A DNA stretch of 64,000 bases from Bacteroidia bacterium (lineage in GTDB: Bacteria > Bacteroidota > Bacteroidia > AKYH767-A > OLB10): contig JBBQQQ010000010.1 in NCBI GenBank assembly GCA_038215705.1, positions 452 through 64,451 on the forward strand, written 5' to 3'. Shown here in pieces: positions 48,415 through 60,200 of this stretch. A program made the translations under genes and the position numbers. Each line of letters begins with the position of its first letter. Position 1 is the first letter of the stretch. Under the pieces are notes generated by a model. It was not told where the DNA came from. It was given only the letters and a program-made list of their open reading frames with translations, and ran no database searches.

Positions 48415-48500
48415 TAAATAGTTCAAATGAATCGGGCTGAATTGTTAATTTCGCCCTCTGATTGCAACCTCAATAGCTGAATTACCCGCAGTATCCGTTT

Positions 48501-49001
48501 ATGTCAAAGTACGCCTTCTTCATTTTAGCTTTTCTTTCCGTATTCAGCGCGCTGATGGTGGTGTTTTCACGCAAGCCGGTGCATAGTGTTTTATATACCA
48601 TATTTTGTTTCTTTACAATCGCCGGTCATTATATACTTCTCAATGCCCAGTTTCTGGCTGCCGTTCATGTTATTGTATACTCAGGTGCCATCATGGTGCT
48701 CTTTCTATATGTGATCATGATGCTTAACCTCAATGCAGAAGGTGAGCCTCACAAATCAGGGATCATTAAAACAGCAGCAGTTATCTCAGGTGGTCTCTTT
48801 CTGCTGGTAATGGTGAGTGTGCTTAAAAGTGCCGACGGACTTGAAGTTGCCGCCTCAGGTGATAATCAGATCGGTATGGTCAAATCACTTGGAATGGTGC
48901 TTTACAGGGAATATATGCTTCCATTTGAAGTTTCTGCTTTACTTTTTCTAACCGCCATGATCGGAGCTACCATGATTGGAAAAAAAGAACTGAACTCATA
49001 A
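48501..49001 (+). CDS. nuoJ: NADH-quinone oxidoreductase subunit J
   Basis: IVYSGAIMVLFLYVIM, PFEV. Confidence 0.95.
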   Translation: MSKYAFFILAFLSVFSALMVVFSRKPVHSVLYTIFCFFTIAGHYILLNAQFLAAVHVIVYSGAIMVLFLYVIMMLNLNAEGEPHKSGIIKTAAVISGGLFLLVMVSVLKSADGLEVAASGDNQIGMVKSLGMVLYREYMLPFEVSALLFLTAMIGATMIGKKELNS

Positions 49002-49325
49002 ATGAATAATTCCATACTCGATATCGTCCACATTAATAACTACCTGTACCTGTCGCTGATTTTATTTGCAATAGGTGTTCTAGGTGTGTTATTCAGGCGG
49101 AATACGATTATTATTTTTATGTGCATCGAGTTAATGCTGAATGCCGTGAATCTTTTGCTGGTTGCATTTTCAACCATGCATTCTGATCCCGGAGGGCAGG
49201 TTATGGTATTTTTTATTATGGCCGTTGCTGCAGCTGAAGTTGCAGTGGGCCTCGCAATACTGGTAATGATATTCAGGAATTTCGGTGGTGTTGATATCAA
49301 CCTGCTGAACCGTTTAAAATGGTAA
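49002..49325 (+). CDS. nuoK: NADH-quinone oxidoreductase subunit K
   Basis: [24 protein letters not shown]. Confidence 0.96.
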   Translation: MNNSILDIVHINNYLYLSLILFAIGVLGVLFRRNTIIIFMCIELMLNAVNLLLVAFSTMHSDPGGQVMVFFIMAVAAAEVAVGLAILVMIFRNFGGVDINLLNRLKW

Positions 49326-49347
49326 TTTGTAAATATGATTTGTTGAA

Positions 49348-51246
49348 GTGAATAATTTATTGTGGCTTATTCCTGTATTACCACTACTCGGTTTCCTGAT
49401 TAACGGAATCGGTAATAAACATATACCGCCGGCGGCAAGCGGATGGCTTGCATCACTTACTGTGCTTGGAAGTTTTATTATTTCGGCAGGTTTGTTTATG
49501 CAATTGCTGCATGATCCCGCTACAGTTGTGCAGGCCGATTATTTTCAATGGATGAATGCGGGAGCCTTCGATCTGAATTTCGGATTTCTTGTCGACCGGC
49601 TCTCTGTTATCATGCTACTCGTAATTACCGGAGTGGGTTTCCTGATCCATGTTTATTCTATCGGTTATATGTCGCATGAACCCGATTATGCCCGTTACTT
49701 TGCGTACCTGAACCTCTTTGTTTTTTTTATGCTGGTGCTGGTACTGGGTTCCAGTTATGTACTCATGTTTGTGGGATGGGAAGGAGTAGGTCTTTGTTCT
49801 TACCTGCTTATAGGATTTTGGTTTAAGAATCAAAATTATAATGATGCGGCTAAAAAAGCATTCATTATGAATCGTATCGGTGACCTGGGATTTCTGTTGG
49901 GCATGTTTCTTATTTTCCAGACTTTCGGTTCGCTTGAATATGATACTGTTTTTGCAAGTGCTTCACTGTTACCATTCAATGAGCCTGTATTAACAGCAAT
50001 CACACTGTTATTGTTTATTGGTGCAATAGGTAAAAGTGCACAGCTTCCGCTTTACACATGGCTACCCGATGCCATGGCCGGACCTACACCCGTATCGGCA
50101 TTGATTCATGCAGCAACAATGGTTACTGCCGGTATCTACATGGTGGTGCGCTCAAATGTTTTGTATGTCATGGCGCCATTCAGTTCTGAAATTATTGCAG
50201 TTGTAGGTTTGGTTACAGCTGTTATGGCTGCACTGATCGGGCTGAAGCAAACAGATATTAAAAAAGTTCTTGCCTATTCAACGGTTAGTCAACTTGGTTT
50301 TATGGTAGTTGCACTGGGAACCGGTGCGTATACAACAGCGTTGTTTCATGTAATAACCCATGCGTTTTTTAAAGCCCTTCTGTTCCTTTGCGCAGGAAGC
50401 GTTATTCATGCTATGGGAGGTGAGCAGGATGTGCGCCGTATGGGCGGACTGAAAAAAGCATTGCCGGTAACCCATTTTACATTTCTTATCGGTACCCTTG
50501 CCATTGCAGGCGCTCCGCCTTTCGCAGGATTCTTTTCTAAAGATGAAATTCTTGCTAATGCATATATACACTCTCCGTTAATGTTTGCCGTTCTTGCAAT
50601 AACTGCAATTATAACGGCTGTGTATATGTTCCGTCTTTATTTCCTCACGTTCCATGGAACTTTCCGTGGGACCATGCATCAGAAAGACCATCTGCATGAG
50701 TCGCCAGCAACTATGACCGTTCCGCTAATTATTCTTGCAGTGTTAAGTACTATTGGCGGATTTATTGGAATGCCTGAAATATTTCATGCTCCGCATTTTC
50801 TCAATGATTTTATGCGTCCTGTAACAGCATTGGCAGATGCTTACAAGGGTGGTCATGTATCGCACATGTTCGAATACATTCTTATTGGTGTCACACTTGT
50901 TATACTGGCAGCAGTAGTATATCTTACTCACAAAAAATATGTTACCGACGGGCATGTTCCTGCACGTGATTCTGACCTGGTGGGAATTCAGCGGGTACTT
51001 GCAAATAAATTTTATGTTGATGAATTCTTCAATGCGGTTTTTACACGTCCCATGGATGTACTCAGCCGACTCTCTTACAAATGGATCGAACTTGGACTTA
51101 TTGATAAAATCGTAAATTCATTCGGCACCGTTACAAACGGCACTTCTTCGATGCTGCGTTTCAGCCAGCAGGGAAATTTAGGGTATTATCTCTTCGCTAT
51201 GGTATTTGCCATTATGCTGATGTTAGTTTATATGTTGGTTATCTGA
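49348..51246 (+). CDS. nuoL: NADH-quinone oxidoreductase subunit L
   Basis: GWEGVGLCSYLLIGFW, KSAQLPL..WLPDAMAGPTPVSALIHAATMV; GTG start. Confidence 0.96.
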   Translation: MNNLLWLIPVLPLLGFLINGIGNKHIPPAASGWLASLTVLGSFIISAGLFMQLLHDPATVVQADYFQWMNAGAFDLNFGFLVDRLSVIMLLVITGVGFLIHVYSIGYMSHEPDYARYFAYLNLFVFFMLVLVLGSSYVLMFVGWEGVGLCSYLLIGFWFKNQNYNDAAKKAFIMNRIGDLGFLLGMFLIFQTFGSLEYDTVFASASLLPFNEPVLTAITLLLFIGAIGKSAQLPLYTWLPDAMAGPTPVSALIHAATMVTAGIYMVVRSNVLYVMAPFSSEIIAVVGLVTAVMAALIGLKQTDIKKVLAYSTVSQLGFMVVALGTGAYTTALFHVITHAFFKALLFLCAGSVIHAMGGEQDVRRMGGLKKALPVTHFTFLIGTLAIAGAPPFAGFFSKDEILANAYIHSPLMFAVLAITAIITAVYMFRLYFLTFHGTFRGTMHQKDHLHESPATMTVPLIILAVLSTIGGFIGMPEIFHAPHFLNDFMRPVTALADAYKGGHVSHMFEYILIGVTLVILAAVVYLTHKKYVTDGHVPARDSDLVGIQRVLANKFYVDEFFNAVFTRPMDVLSRLSYKWIELGLIDKIVNSFGTVTNGTSSMLRFSQQGNLGYYLFAMVFAIMLMLVYMLVI

Positions 51247-51253
51247 TCTGGAA

Positions 51254-52711
51254 ATGCAAACACTGCTGATGTTCTTATTTCCCATTTTAGGGATGCTTGT
51301 TGTGAGACTGCTGTCCGACAGCAAATCCACTGCACGTGCTGCCTTGTTGCTTTCGCTGGTTTCCCTTGCTGACACTATCTGGAAATTATCCATGTTCAAC
51401 CCCGCCGGCGGAGTACAATTTTTATTTGACCAGTATTGGGTAGAGAATCTGGGAATCAGTTTTAAATTTGGATTGGATGGAGTAGGACTTATCATGGTAC
51501 TGCTGACAAACGCGTTAGTACCATTGATTATATATTCTTCCTTTGACAGGGAAATTAAAGATTTCAAAAATTACTTCAGTTTAATTTTCCTTATGCAGTT
51601 TGCACTGCTTGGTGTGTTCAGTTCACTCGATGGATTTCTTTTTTATGTTTTCTGGGAACTGGCTCTTATTCCTATATGGTTTATTTGTTTATTGTGGGGA
51701 GGACATGATAGGGTTCGCATCACATTAAAATTCTTTATTTACACCTTATCGGGAAGTCTTTTGATGCTCGTGGGTTTAATCTATCTCTACCTGCAAACTC
51801 CTGGTACCCACTCCTTCGATATTAACAGCTTTTACGAGCTTGCCCTGAACCAGGAACAACAAAGTTGGCTATTCTGGGCATTCTTTGCAGCCTTTGCAAT
51901 TAAGATCCCGATTTTCCCTTTCCACACATGGCAGCCCGACACGTACACAACAGCTCCTACACAGGGAACAATGCTTTTGTCCGGTATTATGCTGAAAATG
52001 GGATTGTATGGAATCATTCGCTGGATGCTTCCCGTAATTCCTTTGGGTGTTTCTGAATGGTCGTGGCTTGCAATACTGCTTGCCGTAACAGGAATTATTT
52101 ACAGTTCGGCAATGGCTATTGCACAAAAAGATTTTAAACGGTTGATTGCATATTCTTCCATCGCTCACGTGGGGTTGATTGCTGCCGGAATATTTTCATT
52201 AAACATAATGGGTCTGCAGGGAGCTGTTTACCAAATGATCAGTCATGGAGTAAATGCAGTAGGATTATTCTTTATTTCCGACATCCTGCTGCACCGGATG
52301 AAGGATCGTACTATGAACGAAATGGGAGGTCTCGCACACAGCTCACGTCCTTTTGCGATTGGATTTATGATTATACTTCTTGGAAGCATTGCACTGCCGC
52401 TGACGAACGGATTTATCGGTGAATTCATGCTGTTATCCGGACTTTTCAGTGTCAATGCATGGGTGGCGATGTTCGCCGGGCTTATAGTAATTTTCGGGGC
52501 AGTTTATATGCTGCGGGCGTACCAGAAAATTATGCTTGGCGCAGAAACTGAAGCATCGGCTTCTTTTATACCACTTACGATTAATGAAAAAGTACTGATT
52601 GGTATTATCTCCATCATAATAATTATTACCGGCGTATATCCAAAGCCGTTATTGGATATTGCAGGACCCTCATTACAGGCAATTCTTAACCAGGCAGGAG
52701 TCAGTATTTAA
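51254..52711 (+). CDS. nuoM: NADH-quinone oxidoreductase subunit M
   Basis: FYVFWE, KIPIFPFHTW, LKMG.YG, KRLIAYSSIAH, GFIGEF. Confidence 0.96.
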   Translation: MQTLLMFLFPILGMLVVRLLSDSKSTARAALLLSLVSLADTIWKLSMFNPAGGVQFLFDQYWVENLGISFKFGLDGVGLIMVLLTNALVPLIIYSSFDREIKDFKNYFSLIFLMQFALLGVFSSLDGFLFYVFWELALIPIWFICLLWGGHDRVRITLKFFIYTLSGSLLMLVGLIYLYLQTPGTHSFDINSFYELALNQEQQSWLFWAFFAAFAIKIPIFPFHTWQPDTYTTAPTQGTMLLSGIMLKMGLYGIIRWMLPVIPLGVSEWSWLAILLAVTGIIYSSAMAIAQKDFKRLIAYSSIAHVGLIAAGIFSLNIMGLQGAVYQMISHGVNAVGLFFISDILLHRMKDRTMNEMGGLAHSSRPFAIGFMIILLGSIALPLTNGFIGEFMLLSGLFSVNAWVAMFAGLIVIFGAVYMLRAYQKIMLGAETEASASFIPLTINEKVLIGIISIIIIITGVYPKPLLDIAGPSLQAILNQAGVSI

Positions 52712-52733
52712 CATGACCGGAATATATAATTAA

Positions 52734-54107
52734 ATGAATACGTTAATCACCATCACCGGAATAGGCATCGTTGCCATGCTTGCGGAAATATTCAACTTCC
52801 GTAAAGTATTATTTCCCCTGGTGCTTACAGGCCTGGCAGTTGCAATGGGTCTTGCGGTACTGGATTGGGATACGAATATCCGGCATTTTAATGATATGAT
52901 GTTTTTTGACAATTATGCAATATCGTTTACAGTTGTTATGCTTGTCACGGTTTTTCTCTGGTTTCTCCTTAGCAGCGATTATGTGCGAAAGAGTTCGCAT
53001 GAAACTGATTTTACAAGTCTTATTATTTTTTCTCTTGCCGGTGGTGTGGTGATGGTGAGTTTTGCGGATCTTACCATGTTGTTTCTTGGTTTGGAAATTT
53101 TATCGATAGCCATGTATATAATGGCAGCAGCAAATAAATCGGAACTGCGTTCAAACGAGGCCGGGTTTAAATATTTTATGCTGGGTGCATTTGCAACCGG
53201 CTTTTTGTTATTTGGAATCGCGTTGATTTATGGAGCAGTGGGTTCCTTTAATCTGCAGGAAATTAGTGGTTATGTTTCAGCGAATCGCGGAAATTTGCCG
53301 GTTATATTTAATGCAGGAATTGTGCTTATGCTGGTAGGTTTAATTTTTAAAGTATCAGCCGCACCATTTCATTTCTGGGCGCCTGATGTTTATGAGGGCG
53401 CTCCGTCACCGGTTACTGCATATATGTCAACCGTTGTAAAAACTGCTGCCTTTGCTGCGTTTCTGCGGTTATTCACGGTATGTTTCAGCAGCCTTGCCGA
53501 TTGGTGGGGGCCGTTACTTGCAGTCTGTTCTGCTTTAACAATGCTTGCAGGGAATATTCTTGCCGTATATCAGAAAAGCATTAAAAGAATGCTGGCTTAT
53601 TCAAGTGTGTCGCATGCAGGTTATATGCTAATGGCAATTGTTGCGATGCATCAGAATTCCGACAGCGCATTGCTCATGTACACCGCTGCGTATTCAATCG
53701 GTTCAATTGGGATTTTCACGCTGGTGTTAACCATGACTAAAAACCAGAATGAAACACTTTCCTCTTTAAAGGGGTTCGCCACGGTGAACAAAATTCCGGC
53801 CTTCATCATTTCAGTAATTATGCTTTCCCTTGCGGGGATACCTCCGGTAGCAGGTTTTTTTGCGAAATATTATGTGTTTACAACCACCCTTGATAAAGAC
53901 TACACCTGGCTGGTTATTTTGGCTGTAATCAGTTCATTGATAGGTGTTTATTACTATTTTAAGGTGATAATTGCAATGTATCAGCCGGCCGACCGCGACT
54001 CAGTGCAGATGGATTTTTCACCAATGCATCATCTGGTTCTCTGGATTACACTGGCTATTACCGTTGGGTTGGGTATAGCTCCGGGCTTTTTATTGAGTTT
54101 AATCTAA
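52734..54107 (+). CDS. nuoN: NADH-quinone oxidoreductase subunit N
   Basis: EAGFKYF, FKVSAAPFHFWAPDVYEGAP, KRMLAYSS, GIPP.AGF.AK. Confidence 0.96.
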   Translation: MNTLITITGIGIVAMLAEIFNFRKVLFPLVLTGLAVAMGLAVLDWDTNIRHFNDMMFFDNYAISFTVVMLVTVFLWFLLSSDYVRKSSHETDFTSLIIFSLAGGVVMVSFADLTMLFLGLEILSIAMYIMAAANKSELRSNEAGFKYFMLGAFATGFLLFGIALIYGAVGSFNLQEISGYVSANRGNLPVIFNAGIVLMLVGLIFKVSAAPFHFWAPDVYEGAPSPVTAYMSTVVKTAAFAAFLRLFTVCFSSLADWWGPLLAVCSALTMLAGNILAVYQKSIKRMLAYSSVSHAGYMLMAIVAMHQNSDSALLMYTAAYSIGSIGIFTLVLTMTKNQNETLSSLKGFATVNKIPAFIISVIMLSLAGIPPVAGFFAKYYVFTTTLDKDYTWLVILAVISSLIGVYYYFKVIIAMYQPADRDSVQMDFSPMHHLVLWITLAITVGLGIAPGFLLSLI

Positions 54108-54200
54108 CACTTTATTAATCAGGCTCCTGTAATTTTACGGGAAATATTTTTCCCAACCTGTTTTCCCTCTTTTTTTATACCTGTTCAGAGGGAAATTCAC

Positions 54201-54232
54201 TTTGATCTATCGTGGAAATTTGCTTATATTTG
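54201..54232 (+). promoter_or_regulatory. Bacteroidota sigma-A promoter for the giant adhesin
   Basis: TTTG (54201-54204), 20-bp spacer, TATATTTG (54225-54232). Confidence 0.7.
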
Positions 54233-54289
54233 TTTGCCGAAATATGCGTAACCGGGATTTTCATAATAATCGGGCAGGCAATCATTTAT

Positions 54290-57200
54290 ATGGGGTTTAA
54301 ACTAATACGAAAAGTTGTGTATGATATTTTTTTGCCGGTAAAAAAAGGAAGAGCTCTTATTTTACTTATTGTTTTATTTTTTGCTTCTCTCACTTTATCT
54401 GCAGCTGGTACATTTAGTTCTCCTGCGCCTTTCCCGGTATCTTTCACAACAAGTGATTACAATGGATTTGGTGTTTCATGCAACGGAAGTGCAGATGGAT
54501 CGGTTGATTTAACTATTAACGGTGGAGTGGCACCCTATGATATATTATGGTCGAACAACGAAACTACTGAAGATATTTCAGGTTTGACAGCGGGTAATTA
54601 CATTGTAACAATTATTGATGCTGTTCAGGACACAACAGTTGATTCCGTTTTCATTTCCGAACCTCCTGTGATTGATGTTGTTTTTTTAGCAGTAACATCT
54701 GTTACCTGTAATGGACTTTCTGATGGTGCAATCGATATAACTCCTTCCGGAGGAACAAATGTCTTTACTTACCTGTGGAACCAGGGAACAATTACGGAAG
54801 ATTTATCTGGAATCAATGCAGGTACGTACACGGTTTCAGTTACTGATAATAATAATTGCCTGGTTGTTGCTGATACGCTTATTACTGAGCCGGATGCATT
54901 GGTTATTTCCTTCGCGTCAGTAACTGCAGTTTCATGCAACGGACTTTCAGATGGTGCAATCGATATTACTCCTTCCGGTGGAACGGGATCGTATTCTTTC
55001 CAGTGGAATCAGGGTGCAATAACTGAAGATCTTACGGCATTGGACGCAGGTAATTATACTGTTTTTGTTACTGACGATAATAATTGTCTTGCCCAGCGAG
55101 ATACGTTCATTACAGAACCCGCTTCTCTTGAAATATTTTTTGCAGCAGTTTCTCATGTCAAGTGCAACGGATTTTCAGACGGAGCAATTGACATGACTCC
55201 TTCCGGTGGCACAGGAACTTATTCTTTTGAATGGAACCAGGGTGCATTCACTGAAGACATTTCAGCTTTGAGTGCCGGCATTTACACGGTGTCGGTCACT
55301 GATGCAAACAATTGTATTGCCACAGGTGATACTACAATCACTGAACCTGATGCCTTGGAAATTGATTTTGCCGCGGTGAATGCCATCACATGTAATGGTT
55401 TTAATGATGGTATCATCAACATTACTCCTTCAGGTGGTACCGGGGCCTATTCATTTCAATGGAATCAAGGTTCAATAAGTGAAGATCTTTCAGCATTGAG
55501 TGCAGGACCTTACACTGTTTCAGTAACAGATGCAAATAATTGTCTTGTTCAGGGCGATACCATTATAACAGAACCTGATGCTTTAGTGCTTGATTTTACT
55601 TCCGTAAATTCTATTACCTGTAATGGATTTTCAGATGGTGTTATTGATGTTACTCCATCAGGCGGAACAGGTGCCTATACGTTTTTATGGAACCAGGGTG
55701 CGGTTACCGAAGATCTGTCAGGACTTGATGAAGGATCTTATACGTTATCACTTACCGACGCGAATAATTGCGTGGTAGTTGCCGATACAGTCGTAACAGA
55801 ACCCGATGTGGTTGCTGTTGATTTTACCACAGTAAATCCTATCACTTGCTTTGGGCTCGCAGATGGAATAATTGACATAACACCTTCCGGTGGAACCGGT
55901 TCCTTTACTTTTTTATGGAATGACGGAACAGTTTCAGAAGATCTTTCAGGACTGGATGATGGAAATTATACAGTTTCAGTAACTGACGATAACAACTGTC
56001 TTGCTGTTGCTGATACAATCATAACGGAACCGCCTTTAGTAGCACTTGATTTTATTTCCGTTACACCAATTACCTGTAACGGGTTTGCTGACGGAAGTAT
56101 CAATATCACTCCTTCCGGGGGAACCGGAACTTTTTCATTCCAATGGAGTGATGGAACACTAACAGAAGATATTTCGGGATTGGATGCAGGAGTGTATTCC
56201 ATATCTGTTAGTGATATCAATAATTGTTTTGCAGAAGGAGATACTCTCATAACCGAACCGGATGCTATAGTTATCAATCTTGATACACAGGATGCCAATG
56301 CAGCACCTGATGGTGAAGCTTCTGTAACTCCGGTAGGAGGGACCGGTAGTTTCTCATTCCTTTGGTCCAACGGTGCAACAACTTCCCTGATCACAGGATT
56401 ACTTCCCGGTAATTATACGATCACTGTTACTGATGATAATCTTTGTACTGTAACTGAAGTAGCTACCATTAATAACGCACTTGGTGGATGTTCCATTATA
56501 ACTGATTCGATTGTGAATGTAAGTTGTAATGGTCTTAATAACGGAGCAATTTATATTAGCACATTAGGAACATTTGCACCTGTAATTTATCAATGGTCAA
56601 ACGGAGCTATTACCCAGGACATCACCGGTCTTGCTCCCGGAACTTATACAGTTACAATAACCGACGTTGTCCTTTGTTCATCCACTCAGTCTTTTTCAAT
56701 TACGCAGCCTGCAGTGCTGAATGTAACAACCACACCGGTACCGGAAACCTGTGGTGCGAATAACGGATCTGTATCCACTAATGTTACCGGTGGAACGGGT
56801 TCGTATTCTTATCAATGGTCAAACGGAGCCGGTACAGCCTCCGTTTCATCACTTAACGGAGCTACGTATACGGTTACCGTTACTGATCAGAACGGATGTA
56901 CAGATGTTGCAAATGCTGTTGTTCCGGCAATTACTCCGCCCCAGGTTGTAATTGATTCGGTAAGGAATGTTGCCTGCTTCGGTGGAGCTACGGGTGCGGT
57001 TTTTTCCACCGTCAGTAATGGAACACTTCCGTATTCAATCATATGGTCGAATGGCCAGTCAATACAGGATATTACGGGGCTTATTTCAGGATCTTACACG
57101 GTTACCGTTACGGATGCTGATTTGTGTACGGCAACTGCCAACGCAGTAGTTGCTCAGCCATCTGCTGCATTGAATGATTCGGTGCAAACCGTACAGCCTA

Positions 57201-60200
57201 CGTGTGGTTTTAGTAATGGTTCTATTACTGTGTATCCTTACAACGGAACTTCGCCTTATACTTATTTGTGGAATAATTCTCAAACCACACAAACTATATC
57301 CGGACTTGCTCCCGGTTCTTACACGGTTACTATTACTGATGCAAATTTGTGTACACGACAGCGTACAGTTGTATTGTCAAACATAACAGGACCTGTTGCA
57401 TCTGTTGATTCATTGCGTGCAGTCAGATGTTTTGGTGGTGCTACCGGAGGAGTTTTCATAACTGCCACAGGTGGAACACTTCCCTTAACGTATGTTTGGT
57501 CGAATTCAGCCGTTACACAGGATATTGTCAACGTTGCTGCCGGAACGTATACCGTTACCGTTACTGATGCGAATTCGTGTACCTCCGTTACGAGTGGTAT
57601 TGTTACACAACCCGCCGCTGCATTGAACGATTCGGTTCAAACAACACGCCCGACATGCGGGAATAATAATGGTACAATTACCTCGTATCCGTACAATGGA
57701 ACTTCGCCCTATACTTATTTGTGGAATAATTCTCAAACATCACAAACGATATCCGGACTTGCTCCCGGCACCTATACGGTAACAATCACAGATGCTAATC
57801 TTTGTACCCGTCAGCGTACAGCATCTATAACAAATATAGCAGGACCTGCTTTACTGCTTGATTCTGTCAGGCCGGTTAATTGCTTCGGTGGATCAACCGG
57901 AGGTGTTTTTGTTTCCGCTTCGGGGGGTACTGCACCGCTGACGTACTTATGGTCGAACAGCGCGGTCTCGCAGGATATTACCGGCGTTGCTGCAGGAACG
58001 TATACGGTTACCGTTACAGATGCTAATTCATGTACCGCAACAGTAAGCGGAATTGTTACGCAACCGGCTGCTGCATTAAATGATTCGGTACAAACTGTTA
58101 ATCCTACCTGTGGAAACAGCAATGGCTCTGTTACAGTTTATCCTTACGGTGGAACCGGGCCCTACACCTACCTGTGGAATAACGGACTAACAACACAAAC
58201 TATTTCCGGCCTGACTACAGGATCATATACCGTTACAATTACCGATGCCAATCTTTGCACCCGTCAGCGTATCGCTTCACTGATCAATATTGGCGGACCC
58301 GTAGCAGTGGTTGATTCCATCAGAAACGTGCGTTGTTTTGGTGGAGCTACCGGTGCGGTATATATCTCGGTTTCCGGAGGAACACTGCCTTTTACCTATC
58401 TCTGGTCGAATGGTGCAGTAACCCAGGACCTGGTGAATGTTGTATCAGGAACTAAAATAGTAACTGTAACCGATGCAAACTCCTGTACAGCTTCCGCAAA
58501 CGGAATAATAACACAACCTTCAGCAGCGTTAGCCGATTCAGTAAATTCGGTTCGACCTACTTGCGGATTTAATAACGGCAGTATTACAGTTTATCCTTAC
58601 AACGGAACTTCACCGTATACCTATCTCTGGAATAACGGACAAACAACACAGACCATCTCCGGGCTGGCTGCAGGAACCTATACCGTTACAACCACCGATG
58701 CAAATTTATGCACACGACTCAGGTCAGCATCCATCACCATTATTGCTCCTCCTGTTGCAACGCTTGATTCAGTAAAGAATGTCCGCTGCTTCGGAACTTT
58801 AACAGGAGCAGTTTATGTAACAGTTACAGGGGGAGCCGCTCCAAGGGTCTATCAGTGGACTAACGGTGCCGCAACCCAGGATATTACAAATGTGGCGGCG
58901 GGGGCGTATACGCTTACCGTTACAGATGCCAACCTGTGTACCTCCGTTATCAATGCTACAGTTACGCAACCCACGGGAATAAGTGACTCTGTTCAGGTGA
59001 CAAATGCTACCTGCTCCAATGCGAACGGAGGCATAAGTATATTTCCTTTTGGAGGGACGCCCGGTTATACCTACCTGTGGAATAATTCTCAAACATCTTC
59101 AACACTTTCGTTAATTAACTCCGGAACGTATACGGTTACCGTTACAGATGCCAATCTTTGCACCCGTGTCAGGGCTGTGAGCGTTACTAATATACCGGGC
59201 CCTGTTGGCGGAATTGATTCGACCCGGAATGTTCGTTGCTTTGGAGGTTCTACAGGAGGAGTTTTTGTTACTGTTACGGGATCAGCACTTCCGCTAACTT
59301 ATCAATGGTCAAATGGCGCTGTCACCCAGGATTTAAATAATGTTCCTGCCGGTACCTATACGGTTACCGTTACCGATGCAAATAATTGCACCACAACTAT
59401 TGATACGGTTTTATCTCAACCGGCCCTGATTACTGTTAACAGTGCCGTTACCAATGCGGCCTGCAGCCAGGCAACAGGAGCTGTAACAGCTGCACCTTCC
59501 GGTGGTGTTGCACCGTATACCTATTTGTGGAATAATGGACTTACAACACCTTCAATTAGCGGATTAACTGCAGGTAATTACACCGTTACCGTTACTGATG
59601 CAAATAGTTGTACCTCCTTAAAAAATGCCACAGTTGGAACGATAGCTCCACCGGTTATTGTTGTGGACTCTGTCAGAAACGTTCGTTGTAACGGTGATAC
59701 CACCGGTGCAATTTTTATCAGTCTTACCGGAGGAACAGCACCTTTCACGTATCAGTGGACCGGCGGAATCGCCAGCCAGGACCTGGTTAACGTCATTGCA
59801 GGTACCTACACCGTGATCGTAACGGATTCTAACGCCTGTGGAGATACGCTTTCAGCGACAATAACACAACCACTTCCTTTAAGTGATTCTATTCAGGTCT
59901 CAAATGCTTTGTGTGGTGCTCCTACCGGATCTGCAACGGTATTTCCATCAGGTGGAACCACTCCTTACACTTATTTGTGGAGCACAGGTTCATTAATCCC
60001 GACAGTTTTTGGATTGAATGCAGGAAGTTATACGGTTACCATTACCGATGCTTTTGGTTGCACCTTACAGGATGTAGCTAACATAAGCAGTACCGGTGGC
60101 CCTGTTGTTACCATTGATTCCATCCGCAATGTGAAATGCTTTGGAGCTTTAACAGGGGGTGTGTTTATTTCTGTATCAGGAGGCACTTTTCCGTATACAT

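Noticed and set aside
54244-54300. 18-codon uORF overlapping the adhesin start
   Set aside because: No distinctive codon content or attenuator structure; likely chance
54327-54346. T7 and A7 runs in the adhesin signal-peptide region as a phase-variation switch
   Set aside because: Too short and common in an AT-rich genome; the frame is intact
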